The notes beneath the pieces were generated by a model that was not told where the DNA came from, searched no databases, and worked only from the letters and a program-made list of their open reading frames with translations. Of a stretch of DNA of 25,700 nt, positions 1-8,421 are shown in pieces (positions within the stretch are counted from its first letter, which is position 1; each line of letters opens with the position of its first letter). Made by a program: the position numbers and the translations under genes. Source of the DNA: a virus (taxonomy: Duplodnaviria > Caudoviricetes); the IMG/VR virus record IMGVR_UViG_3300038530_001723, positions 1-25,700 of that record; one strand, written 5' to 3'.

Positions 1-1
1 T

Positions 2-175
2 CCTAGAATGGAGGATTGTATGCCATTAGAATTAGACGACGATGGTAGATTGGGCTATTGTTGGATGCACCATTTCAAATGTCACTCGGCTAGGTCTTGT
101 AGAACATGGGCTAAGGGTGGCCCAATTAAAGATGATAAGCGTTCTAAAGAAAACCAAATGAGGGGTAAACAGTGA
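2..175 (+). CDS. 3' end of a Cys/His-rich hypothetical protein (5'-truncated by the window)
   Basis: Read manually in frame 2: PRMEDCMPLELDDDGRLGYCWMHHFKCHSARSCRTWAKGGPIKDDKRSKENQMRGKQ*. Stop TGA 173-175 overlaps the next GTG start (GTGA coupling). Not in the ORF track. Confidence 0.75.
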   Translation, partial: PRMEDCMPLELDDDGRLGYCWMHHFKCHSARSCRTWAKGGPIKDDKRSKENQMRGKQ

Positions 176-708
176 CCCAAGATAAAAAACCAACATTGGT
201 AAGATTGTTTGAAGCCATGTCTCCCGAACAACAGAATAAGGCTAGACAGATGAAACAACAAAACCCTAACATGACTGATAGAGAAATCATCTATAAAATT
301 CTATATCCAAACAGGGGTAAAAAAATTAACCAAGACGAAATGAATAGAATTTCATCAAGGCCAAGAATTGCTAAATGGCAAGAAATTCTTAAAAGAAAAA
401 AAAGAAAAAGACACCCTGCTTTAGTAAGAGCAGGAGTTAGTGGCTTTAGTAAACCAAAGAGAATAAAACACAAAACCAAATCACATATTGTAGTTGTAAA
501 AGATGGTGATAAAGTTAAGACTATTAGGTTTGGTCAAAAGGGAGTTAAGACAAATCAAACGGCAGGACAACGAAGGGCTTTCAAAAGTAGACATAGAAAA
601 AATATCAAAAGAGGTAAAATGTCTGCCGCTTATTGGGCTGATAAAGTTAAATGGAGTCCAAAGAAAACTAAAGAAAAGAAAAACAAGAAATGGCGAAAGG
701 GGTCATAA
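172..708 (+). CDS. Basic hypothetical viral protein
   Basis: 178 aa, very K/R-rich. The C-terminal KTIRFGQKG...RRAFKSRH...SAAYWADKVKW segment resembles a small domain common in marine virus head regions. Internal WQEILK motif. Confidence 0.75.
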   Translation: MTQDKKPTLVRLFEAMSPEQQNKARQMKQQNPNMTDREIIYKILYPNRGKKINQDEMNRISSRPRIAKWQEILKRKKRKRHPALVRAGVSGFSKPKRIKHKTKSHIVVVKDGDKVKTIRFGQKGVKTNQTAGQRRAFKSRHRKNIKRGKMSAAYWADKVKWSPKKTKEKKNKKWRKGS

Positions 709-710
709 CC

Positions 711-932
711 ATGCCTTATGAATTAAGAGTCGGAAAAAACGGCTACTATGTTATTAATACCGATACGGGTAAAGCCAAAAATAAAACCCCTTTGTCGAAA
801 TCAAGGGCGAAGAAATACATGGCGGCTCTTTACGCAAACAAAAATCCTAAACAATACGAAACAAAAAATTATGGTAGAAAAAAAGGTAATTGGAGAAATG
901 TATTGAGGAAAGCCGTTGCGAAGATTCTATAA
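711..932 (+). CDS. Small basic hypothetical protein
   Basis: ATG 711 (MPYELR...) follows a GGGGT SD and the upstream stop, so it is preferred to the ORF-track start at 690. Contains SKSRAKKYMAALYAN and C-terminal WRNVLRKA. Confidence 0.7.
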   Translation: MPYELRVGKNGYYVINTDTGKAKNKTPLSKSRAKKYMAALYANKNPKQYETKNYGRKKGNWRNVLRKAVAKIL

Positions 933-969
933 TAGATAGAATAGTCCAAGGTAAACGGGGGTTGTTGTC

Positions 970-2616
970 GTGGCAGAAAAAAAAAGGCGGTTCTCTTTCA
1001 CTAATCTTTTCAGGCGCACTACTCCGAAACCTGCTGACAGGAATATCTACAATATGGGTATTCAAGAAAGGCAGAACAATTACATGATGACAGCCCCCGT
1101 CATCTACTCTATGGTTCAACAATCAGTAATTGTTAGAACTTGTATAACTCAATTGAAGCAAGAGGTTTACAGGAGAGGTTATGTTTGGGAAAAGGCATTT
1201 GAAGCCCGATGCAATAATTGTGGTAAAGAGCATACGAGACCTGTTAAAGAATGTTCAAGATGTGGCTCTAAGGATTTGAAGATACCGGATGTTAAACAAT
1301 TACAATATGCTGAAAAATTCCTAGAAGGCTATGTAAACTCATCCGAGCAATTGTTTATTGATGTTCTAAAAGAATTAGAAGATGATTTGAATATCATGGA
1401 TGATGCATACATAGTTATGGTCAAAGAGTATTTCTTAGATGGTAATGGTAAAATTAGAATGCACCGTGTTAAAGAAGTGTATCGTGGCGACCCCGTTACT
1501 ATGTTTATTTATGCCGATGAAGATGGAGTAAAGGGCAACAAAGGATTTACTTGTGTTCATCATAGAGAATTTCTTTCAACAGAACCTCACGATAATTGTG
1601 AAATTTGCGGCTCTCCATTAAAACCCATACACTATGTCAATAGAGCAAAAGGTGACGAACAGTATTTCATCGAAGGAGAAGTTTTACATTTCAGTAAATA
1701 TAGTCCATCAAGACTCTATGGTTTCTCACCTGTAATCACATTATATAATCATATCATGACTTTAATTGCTATGGAGAACTATGTAAATTCAGCCTATACT
1801 AAGAGTAGAATGCCAAGAGGTTTGTTAGCAGTTCAAACTAGAAACATGGATTCAATGAGAGCATTTTGGAGAGGAGTAAAAGAAAAAATGGAGGCAGACC
1901 CGCACTTTATTCCTGTAATGGGAATAGAAGCAGAAGGCGGTAAAGGTGCTGTTGAGTGGATTAAGTTCATGGATAGTCTAAAAGAAATGGATTATATTTC
2001 TGTTAAGGATGACTTGAGAGACAGAATATCAGCGTTCTATGGTGTGAGTAAAGTCTTCATGGCTGATAACACTACAAGCGGTGGATTAAACAATGAAGGT
2101 ATGCAGATACTTGTAACTAATAGAGCCGTTCAAATGGCGCAGAATGTCTACAACAATTATGTATTTCCATATCTAGTTAAGCAGTTTGGAATCACAGATT
2201 GGAACTTAAAATTACCGCCTAGCGAAGAAGAAGATGAAATAGCAGGGCTAAGAAAGAAAGAGTTAGAAGTTAATATTGCCGCATCAATAAAGAATCTAGG
2301 ATTTGAAGTTGATATGGATGAAGATGGCAATTTTACTTACAAGAAGCCCGAACCAAAACCGGAAGAAGGAATGAAAGAAGGCAAAGATGGTGAAGTTAAA
2401 ACAGACCCGTTGGCAGGTTCTAACTTAGACCAAAGAGATTTAGACGAACAAGCGAGACAGTTTGCAGAAAGTGGTGGTAGTAAACCACAAGAAAATCCAC
2501 CGGCTACTAGAAATAAACCTTCTATGAATACTGGGCCGGATAAAAGATTAAGCGGATTACCGGAAGACGCAGGTAATCAAAATGTAGATAGAAGGAGTGA
2601 AAGGAGGACAGGTTAA
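970..2616 (+). CDS. Portal protein with two Zn-ribbon insertions
   Basis: 548 aa. Portal-like segments EVLHFSKYSPSRLYGFSP, PRGLL, RDRISAFYGVSKVFM; acidic disordered C-terminus; first large gene of the head module; CNNC..CSRC and CVHH..CEIC motifs. Confidence 0.88.
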   Translation: MAEKKRRFSFTNLFRRTTPKPADRNIYNMGIQERQNNYMMTAPVIYSMVQQSVIVRTCITQLKQEVYRRGYVWEKAFEARCNNCGKEHTRPVKECSRCGSKDLKIPDVKQLQYAEKFLEGYVNSSEQLFIDVLKELEDDLNIMDDAYIVMVKEYFLDGNGKIRMHRVKEVYRGDPVTMFIYADEDGVKGNKGFTCVHHREFLSTEPHDNCEICGSPLKPIHYVNRAKGDEQYFIEGEVLHFSKYSPSRLYGFSPVITLYNHIMTLIAMENYVNSAYTKSRMPRGLLAVQTRNMDSMRAFWRGVKEKMEADPHFIPVMGIEAEGGKGAVEWIKFMDSLKEMDYISVKDDLRDRISAFYGVSKVFMADNTTSGGLNNEGMQILVTNRAVQMAQNVYNNYVFPYLVKQFGITDWNLKLPPSEEEDEIAGLRKKELEVNIAASIKNLGFEVDMDEDGNFTYKKPEPKPEEGMKEGKDGEVKTDPLAGSNLDQRDLDEQARQFAESGGSKPQENPPATRNKPSMNTGPDKRLSGLPEDAGNQNVDRRSERRTG

Positions 2617-2843
2617 TGACAGAAGATAATAGACAGAAAGAAATTAGACTAAAGAAAGAGTTGGCGAAAGTTAGAACACAGAATGCAAATGAGACTAGAA
2701 AGGTTACGAAGAATCGTGATTTTTCTGTTGGTGGGTTGCCACCGGACACAACTCATAAAGCAATAAGAGCATCTAATGATGTTCCCGATGTTATCTTACC
2801 CCCACAAAAAAGGAGAGGTAAGAAAGAGAATATTCCATTTTGA
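2616..2843 (+). CDS. Hypothetical protein
   Basis: 75 aa, TAATG overlap with the portal stop, AGGAGG upstream. Confidence 0.7.
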   Translation: MTEDNRQKEIRLKKELAKVRTQNANETRKVTKNRDFSVGGLPPDTTHKAIRASNDVPDVILPPQKRRGKKENIPF

Positions 2844-2852
2844 GGCGATACT

Positions 2853-5800
2853 ATGTTTGTGAAGGCTATCTTGCATAATAAAGAAGATGACCTTCATTTT
2901 CTATTGAAGTGTTTAATTGAAGAAGTTAGAGAAGATAGTATTCTAAAGGCGAAGGATTTTGGTTCTGTTGCTGAAGATAGAAAAGAAGAGGCTAAACGAC
3001 AAAAGGCGGCAGGTAAGGCCATTACTATTGATGCAGACTTAGGTGTGGTAAAACCTAAAGGCGGAGAATATGATTCAATAGAGAGACAAATAAAAGATAG
3101 CCAAGAACTATACGGTGTTGTTTCTTTTGCTCAAAGAAAATTCGGTGCTGAACAAATTATAGATGCTTATGAAAAAAGAGGGGCAATACAATTCATAGCA
3201 GACGCAATAACCGAATTAGAAGCATTAGTAAAAGCCAAACATGAATATAAAGAAGGTGATGGATTTGCTGAAAAGGTATTAATTCCTAGTCTTAAAAGAA
3301 GACAAGACAAAGCAAAAAAAATGATTCCCCAATACAAAAAAAGAGTTCAAGAAATGAACAAACAATTAGCAGACGCAAAGAAAATTGTTGCTGAAAAAGA
3401 TAAGAAAAAAGAACAGGCTTTGAAAGACATTAATGAAGGTAAAGACTTAATCGTTGGCGAAGAATATGATAAAGAAGCAGGGCAAACTAAGCCTGTAAAA
3501 ATATCTAATGCAAAAATAAAACAGGCAATGCGAGAGCAACTGGAAGAAGCAAGTGATATGGCAATCGCTGTTCAAGTAAAAGTAGCAGAAATCAAAGCCT
3601 ATTTGAGTAGTGAACGATTTAATGAAAACTACTTTCAATATGAAGATATTATAGATGTTCCATTCGCAGGAGGAAGGGGTGCTATTAAACTAGAAAGCGG
3701 AGACTACACTTTAGACGACCCAACAAAACCATCTTCTAAAGATTCAGTTTCATTCTTACTTCCGGATTTTGTTTCTAAGGTTAAAGGAATAGTAAAAGAT
3801 ACCTTGAAGAAACCTAAGAGAGCATTCGGTAAAGAGATTGTAAAAGTCATGACAAAAAAAGAAGTAAAAGAAGTTATGACGGAAATAGCGCAAAGAAAAG
3901 AACTCATTGCTCGATTAGAGAAAATAAAAAACCCTTCGAAAGCAAACAAAGACCAATTAAAAAAGGCAAAAACAATCCTTAGACTGGCAGAAAACAAATT
4001 GAAAAGAAATGAGGAAAACATAAAGGCAAATGAATTGACTGATGAAGACTTAGCAAAATTTGCTAGAACGCTTGATGAAGTTATCAAGAACGGCATGCAA
4101 TTGACTAAAACAGTTGAAGTAAAAGTTAGTTACAGAAAAGTATTAGAAACCATAGACAAAGACTTACTTCGAGATTTGGAGAGTTATATTACGACTCCGG
4201 AAATTAAGAGAATAATGAATGAAAAACTGTTTAAGGATTTCTTAAAAGTGCAAGCAAAAAGAGAATTAACAACGGAAAAAACTAAGCAAAAAATACTAAA
4301 TCAATTGCTAACAGATAAAAAACAAGCCGGAAAAAAATTAAATGTTTACATAAGAGTATTGGGTGTTTTACAGAAAGAACTCGATAGAATAGAATTAACA
4401 GGCCTTGGCAAAATAAAAGGCAGAAAAGTAAAACAACTATCTGAAAAAATAAATAAACTAAAAGAAATGATAGTTGAAACAAAAGGCAAGGTAGCACAGC
4501 AAGAAAAGGCACTTACAGGTAAAACCACGATTATCGGCCAAGGCGGTAAAATACAAGAATCAGCAGGTTTCGCACCGAAACAAACCACTTTAACATTTTA
4601 TAATAATTTAGAAAAATCCATTCGTAGTTTTAAAGATAGTTTAGTAAAAAGAAAAAGTAGAGACAGAAGGGCGGCTGTTGCGTTAAAACAATTTTCCGAT
4701 TATAATATGAAAGATGTCCTGTTTGTCATTGAGGCTATTTACGGTAGAATAGATACAAAGGGTAGAGATACTGGTAAGACCTTAGAAAAAATAAAGAAAG
4801 ATTGGAATGAGGCTAATGATAAAGTCAATGAAAAAATTAAAGCCATTGAAGAAAAAGACGAAGAATACAAATCCAAAAAGAAAGATGGGGCTAGCCCCGA
4901 AATACTAAGGACAATCGCTAGAGCAATTTCTAGGGAAGGTGTAGGATTAGGAGAAGCACTTAAAGAAAGAACAAAAAAAGAAAATGAATACAGAACCATT
5001 AGTGGTGCTTTAGCCTTAAGACCTGTAACTGAAAGAGGATATATTACTATTGCAGAAGCGGCAAAAATAATAGATAGAAAAAAGAATATAAAAGAAGGTG
5101 GATTAAACCCACTTGAATCAACTCTCGACATGCGGCCACAAATATATATTGACCGTGATAAAAGATTAAAGGAATTAAGAGAAAGGCAATCTAAAAGAAT
5201 AAAAAAACAAGACAAAATAGAATCATTTAGATATTATGATGTTGGTAAAGATGGAACAGTAGAGACAAGAACATTGCCTATGTCCGAGAATAACGACGCA
5301 TATCAAAAAATTAAAAAGAAAATAGAAGAAATTAAAAAATTATTAGGTTCTACAGTAACTAGAGAAGGAAAAACTGGTGAAGAGTTTGAAGAAGGCAAAC
5401 TAGAAACTATATTATTAACAGCAATAAAAGATTCTATGGATTTAGACCCTGTAGATTTAACCGAAGCAGGACAAAAAAGAAGAAAAGAAATACAAGACTT
5501 GGCTAAAAAACTTAGAGAAGAAAATAGAGATTTAGATGGAATAGAATCAACTATATCTAAAGTCTTTGGAGATACACTTCTAAATAATGTAGATGATATA
5601 GAAGAGGAAATACAAGAAAATGTATATGATTTCTTAAATGGTTTCTTTGGTAGATTTACAAAAGATATAGAAATCTTAGAAGCAGTTATTCCAATAAAAG
5701 AAAAAGAGTTCAAATATATTTTTGATAAAGGTGAGTATGGTGAAGGCACTCCTAATACTAAAAAAGTAAAATACCAATCAATTGAAGAAATAAAAGAAAT

Positions 5801-7316
5801 TAAAAATAAAGTAGACATAAGTAAAAAGTTTACAAAAGATATTGCTCGCAAGTTAAATATATTGCCAACTTTAGGCAAAGAAAAACAAGAAAAACCAACA
5901 GGGGAAATGTTGGGAGAATACTTTGAAAAAATAAAAGAGATTGCTAAAGATGTTGGAGAGATAAAAGAAACGGAAGCAGAAAAACAAATGGAAGCAAAGG
6001 TAAAATCTTCTAAGCAAGCAAAGGAAACAATACTAGAGGAAGCAAAAGCGTTGGAAGTTATGTTTGTGAAATATGAAGATAGAGTGGATGATTTAGAAAA
6101 GACCTTCGATGTTATTAACAAGTTTGTAAAAAAATACAGTCAGTTTAGAAAACAATATATCTCATTATCTAAACAAAGCGAAACTTCTCGATTCCGAATG
6201 CCGACAGAAAGACCGGAGTTAGAGCCAACTAAATTTACTGCTAGAAGAAGTGGGGCAAGCGAGAAAGATTATGCAGATGAAAAAGCAAAAGCAAGAACCG
6301 TGTTAGAATTTGTAATTAATGAAAATTTATCAGCATACGATAAGAACATAAAAAGTAGAAAGAAGGAAATAAAGCAAGATGGTAAAGCAAAGACTAAGAG
6401 AAGTAGTAGTCTTCCCATACTTACCTATTCGATACCTAGTGAAGAAGAGAAGAAAAAAGAATACAAGGGAGTAATGAAAGAAAATCTAACCGAAGAACAA
6501 CGACAAAAAATAATGAATGCTTTAGGTGAAACTGCTTCTGCAAAAGCGAGTCAGTCTAAAGGCAAAGAAGTTGATATGAGTGTGTATGAATCTGAAGATA
6601 TAGGAGAAACAAAAAGATTTGAGAGATATATTAATCAAATTCAAGATAGACTTTTTGAAACTTTAGGGACAGACGAAGATGAAGTGAGGCCAATAAAATT
6701 CAAACAAGTGGATGATTCTTTTATTGAAAGCACTAAGAATACTCTAGCAAATAATTTTGAATATTACATAGACAAAGAACAAGGAATAAAACTAGGTAAA
6801 GTAAAAACGGCTAGAGAATTAGCCGATGTGCTAGAGGAAATTGAAGGTAATATTAGAGAAGAGAGACTACCTAGAGTTAGACGAAAATCAGGAAAAGAAA
6901 AAGATACTGTTCGTGTTGATGAAGATAAAACGAATGAACTTTCTAGGGATGCTTTAGAAAGAGTGCTTAAAGAAATACTGCCTAAATTAATTTCCGAAAA
7001 AGCAAAAATGACAACCGAATCAACTATGAGTTCTATTGAAATAGAAAAATCAAAACTAAGAAAAGAATTCTTAAAAGAGTTTGAAAAAATGTTTGAAGTT
7101 GGTAATGAAGTGATAAACTTTGCAGATATGAAAAGTAAAATAAAAGTCAATTTAACTGCTAAAGAACTAGAAACTATTTTATTAGATGAAAAAATGGGAG
7201 TAGTTAAAGAAGCAGGTCAAGACCTTTTACCGCTAATAAGACAATACAAATCTAGTGTTATAAAATTACAGAAAGGAACAAAGGAATTACAGAAAGAAGT
7301 TGGTGAAGAAGAATGA
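2853..7316 (+). CDS. Very large K/E-rich, predicted helical/coiled-coil protein of unknown function
   Basis: 1487-aa uninterrupted ORF with GAGG SD. Dominated by K, E, I, L; no catalytic motif recognised. Confidence 0.8.
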   Translation: MFVKAILHNKEDDLHFLLKCLIEEVREDSILKAKDFGSVAEDRKEEAKRQKAAGKAITIDADLGVVKPKGGEYDSIERQIKDSQELYGVVSFAQRKFGAEQIIDAYEKRGAIQFIADAITELEALVKAKHEYKEGDGFAEKVLIPSLKRRQDKAKKMIPQYKKRVQEMNKQLADAKKIVAEKDKKKEQALKDINEGKDLIVGEEYDKEAGQTKPVKISNAKIKQAMREQLEEASDMAIAVQVKVAEIKAYLSSERFNENYFQYEDIIDVPFAGGRGAIKLESGDYTLDDPTKPSSKDSVSFLLPDFVSKVKGIVKDTLKKPKRAFGKEIVKVMTKKEVKEVMTEIAQRKELIARLEKIKNPSKANKDQLKKAKTILRLAENKLKRNEENIKANELTDEDLAKFARTLDEVIKNGMQLTKTVEVKVSYRKVLETIDKDLLRDLESYITTPEIKRIMNEKLFKDFLKVQAKRELTTEKTKQKILNQLLTDKKQAGKKLNVYIRVLGVLQKELDRIELTGLGKIKGRKVKQLSEKINKLKEMIVETKGKVAQQEKALTGKTTIIGQGGKIQESAGFAPKQTTLTFYNNLEKSIRSFKDSLVKRKSRDRRAAVALKQFSDYNMKDVLFVIEAIYGRIDTKGRDTGKTLEKIKKDWNEANDKVNEKIKAIEEKDEEYKSKKKDGASPEILRTIARAISREGVGLGEALKERTKKENEYRTISGALALRPVTERGYITIAEAAKIIDRKKNIKEGGLNPLESTLDMRPQIYIDRDKRLKELRERQSKRIKKQDKIESFRYYDVGKDGTVETRTLPMSENNDAYQKIKKKIEEIKKLLGSTVTREGKTGEEFEEGKLETILLTAIKDSMDLDPVDLTEAGQKRRKEIQDLAKKLREENRDLDGIESTISKVFGDTLLNNVDDIEEEIQENVYDFLNGFFGRFTKDIEILEAVIPIKEKEFKYIFDKGEYGEGTPNTKKVKYQSIEEIKEIKNKVDISKKFTKDIARKLNILPTLGKEKQEKPTGEMLGEYFEKIKEIAKDVGEIKETEAEKQMEAKVKSSKQAKETILEEAKALEVMFVKYEDRVDDLEKTFDVINKFVKKYSQFRKQYISLSKQSETSRFRMPTERPELEPTKFTARRSGASEKDYADEKAKARTVLEFVINENLSAYDKNIKSRKKEIKQDGKAKTKRSSSLPILTYSIPSEEEKKKEYKGVMKENLTEEQRQKIMNALGETASAKASQSKGKEVDMSVYESEDIGETKRFERYINQIQDRLFETLGTDEDEVRPIKFKQVDDSFIESTKNTLANNFEYYIDKEQGIKLGKVKTARELADVLEEIEGNIREERLPRVRRKSGKEKDTVRVDEDKTNELSRDALERVLKEILPKLISEKAKMTTESTMSSIEIEKSKLRKEFLKEFEKMFEVGNEVINFADMKSKIKVNLTAKELETILLDEKMGVVKEAGQDLLPLIRQYKSSVIKLQKGTKELQKEVGEEE

Positions 7317-7675
7317 CATGGGACTACTATGATGATGGAAAAGAAATCATCATGAAAAAAGATGATAAGAAAGTAAAGAAGAATATATTAGACTCATTAG
7401 ATAAAAAACAAACTAAGCGTCTAAAGAAAGTGTTACAGGCCGCACAACCAACAGAATTTTTCGGTCAAGATTTTACTAAATTAGGTGAGTTAATTAGAGC
7501 ATTGAAAGATGTAGATTTAGTTAAGTCCGATAAAAAACTCACAAAGAAAATGAAGTCTATGGATGAACGGAATATAGATATAGTCGCTTCGGCTACGGAA
7601 CTTCGTAAGGACTACGAGTTGCTTTACAGACAATTAAGAGATTTAGTATATCCATCAAAGGGTGAAAAAAGATGA
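7313..7675 (+). CDS. Hypothetical helical protein
   Basis: 120 aa, ATGA overlaps at both ends, GGTGA SD. Confidence 0.78.
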   Translation: MTWDYYDDGKEIIMKKDDKKVKKNILDSLDKKQTKRLKKVLQAAQPTEFFGQDFTKLGELIRALKDVDLVKSDKKLTKKMKSMDERNIDIVASATELRKDYELLYRQLRDLVYPSKGEKR

Positions 7676-7920
7676 GCGAAGAAAATACAATTAATCAAGA
7701 ACTACTTGAAATTATTAAAGCCCTTAGTGCTAAAATAGAAAGTTTAGAGAAAGCCGTTTACAATGATGATAACCTATTGATGAAGTCCGGTTTTGTTGTT
7801 GTTGATACTCCAACCCCTAAAATGGATAATACAATTGGTGCAGGTTCACCACTGAAAGATGTTGGAAATATGGACTGGAAAGATATTCATAAGATGGTAG
7901 AAAATGTAGGTGGTCAGTAA
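7672..7920 (+). CDS. Small protein with a scaffold-like C-terminal peptide (MDWKDIHKMV)
   Basis: 82 aa, GGTGA SD, N-terminal coiled coil. The C-terminal decapeptide matches the protease-scaffold C-terminus at 9 of 10 residues. Confidence 0.8.
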   Translation: MSEENTINQELLEIIKALSAKIESLEKAVYNDDNLLMKSGFVVVDTPTPKMDNTIGAGSPLKDVGNMDWKDIHKMVENVGGQ

Positions 7921-8411
7921 TGCCGGAAAGAGTAACAAAAGAAGAAAGAATAGTTAGCCTTGCTATTGAAAAAGCAAGATTGGCTAAAGAAGAATTAAGC
8001 GAAAAAAAGAGAATGAACATAGAACCTACTCAAGTAAAAGGAGTAGATACTAGCGTAGAAGAAGTTAAAATTAAGCGGCCTAAAGTTCAAGATGTTTCTA
8101 AGATTACTAATCAAACTCAAAAGAAAGAAGGGTATGGTTTAGCCGGTGAGAGTTTAAAGAAACAGGATAAGCCAAAAGAGCCTTTTAAAATTAGAATTAT
8201 AAAAAAGGATTTTAAAGATATGCGAAATTTACTGAGCAAGTTGGAATTTACAACTAATAGATTGGTAGAAGAACTGTATGCGAATTTGAGAGAAAATCCA
8301 ACTACAACGAATAGAAATAATTTTGACGCTATACAACAAATTTCTAGGCTCATAAATGACGACAATGATGGGGCAGTAGCAATAGCAAGAAACATTGAAT
8401 CTATTATTTGA
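7920..8411 (+). CDS. Hypothetical protein
   Basis: 163 aa, TAATG overlap with the upstream gene, AGGTGG SD. Confidence 0.72.
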   Translation: MPERVTKEERIVSLAIEKARLAKEELSEKKRMNIEPTQVKGVDTSVEEVKIKRPKVQDVSKITNQTQKKEGYGLAGESLKKQDKPKEPFKIRIIKKDFKDMRNLLSKLEFTTNRLVEELYANLRENPTTTNRNNFDAIQQISRLINDDNDGAVAIARNIESII

Positions 8412-8421
8412 GGTATTTCAC

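Noticed and set aside
503-1087. Alternative-frame plus-strand ORFs 503-721 and 890-1087
   Set aside because: They overlap better-supported genes and have no recognisable features.
2853-7316. 1487-aa protein as tape measure or SMC/Rad50 ATPase
   Set aside because: No Walker A or signature motif. A better TMP candidate lies after the chaperone pair at 24253.
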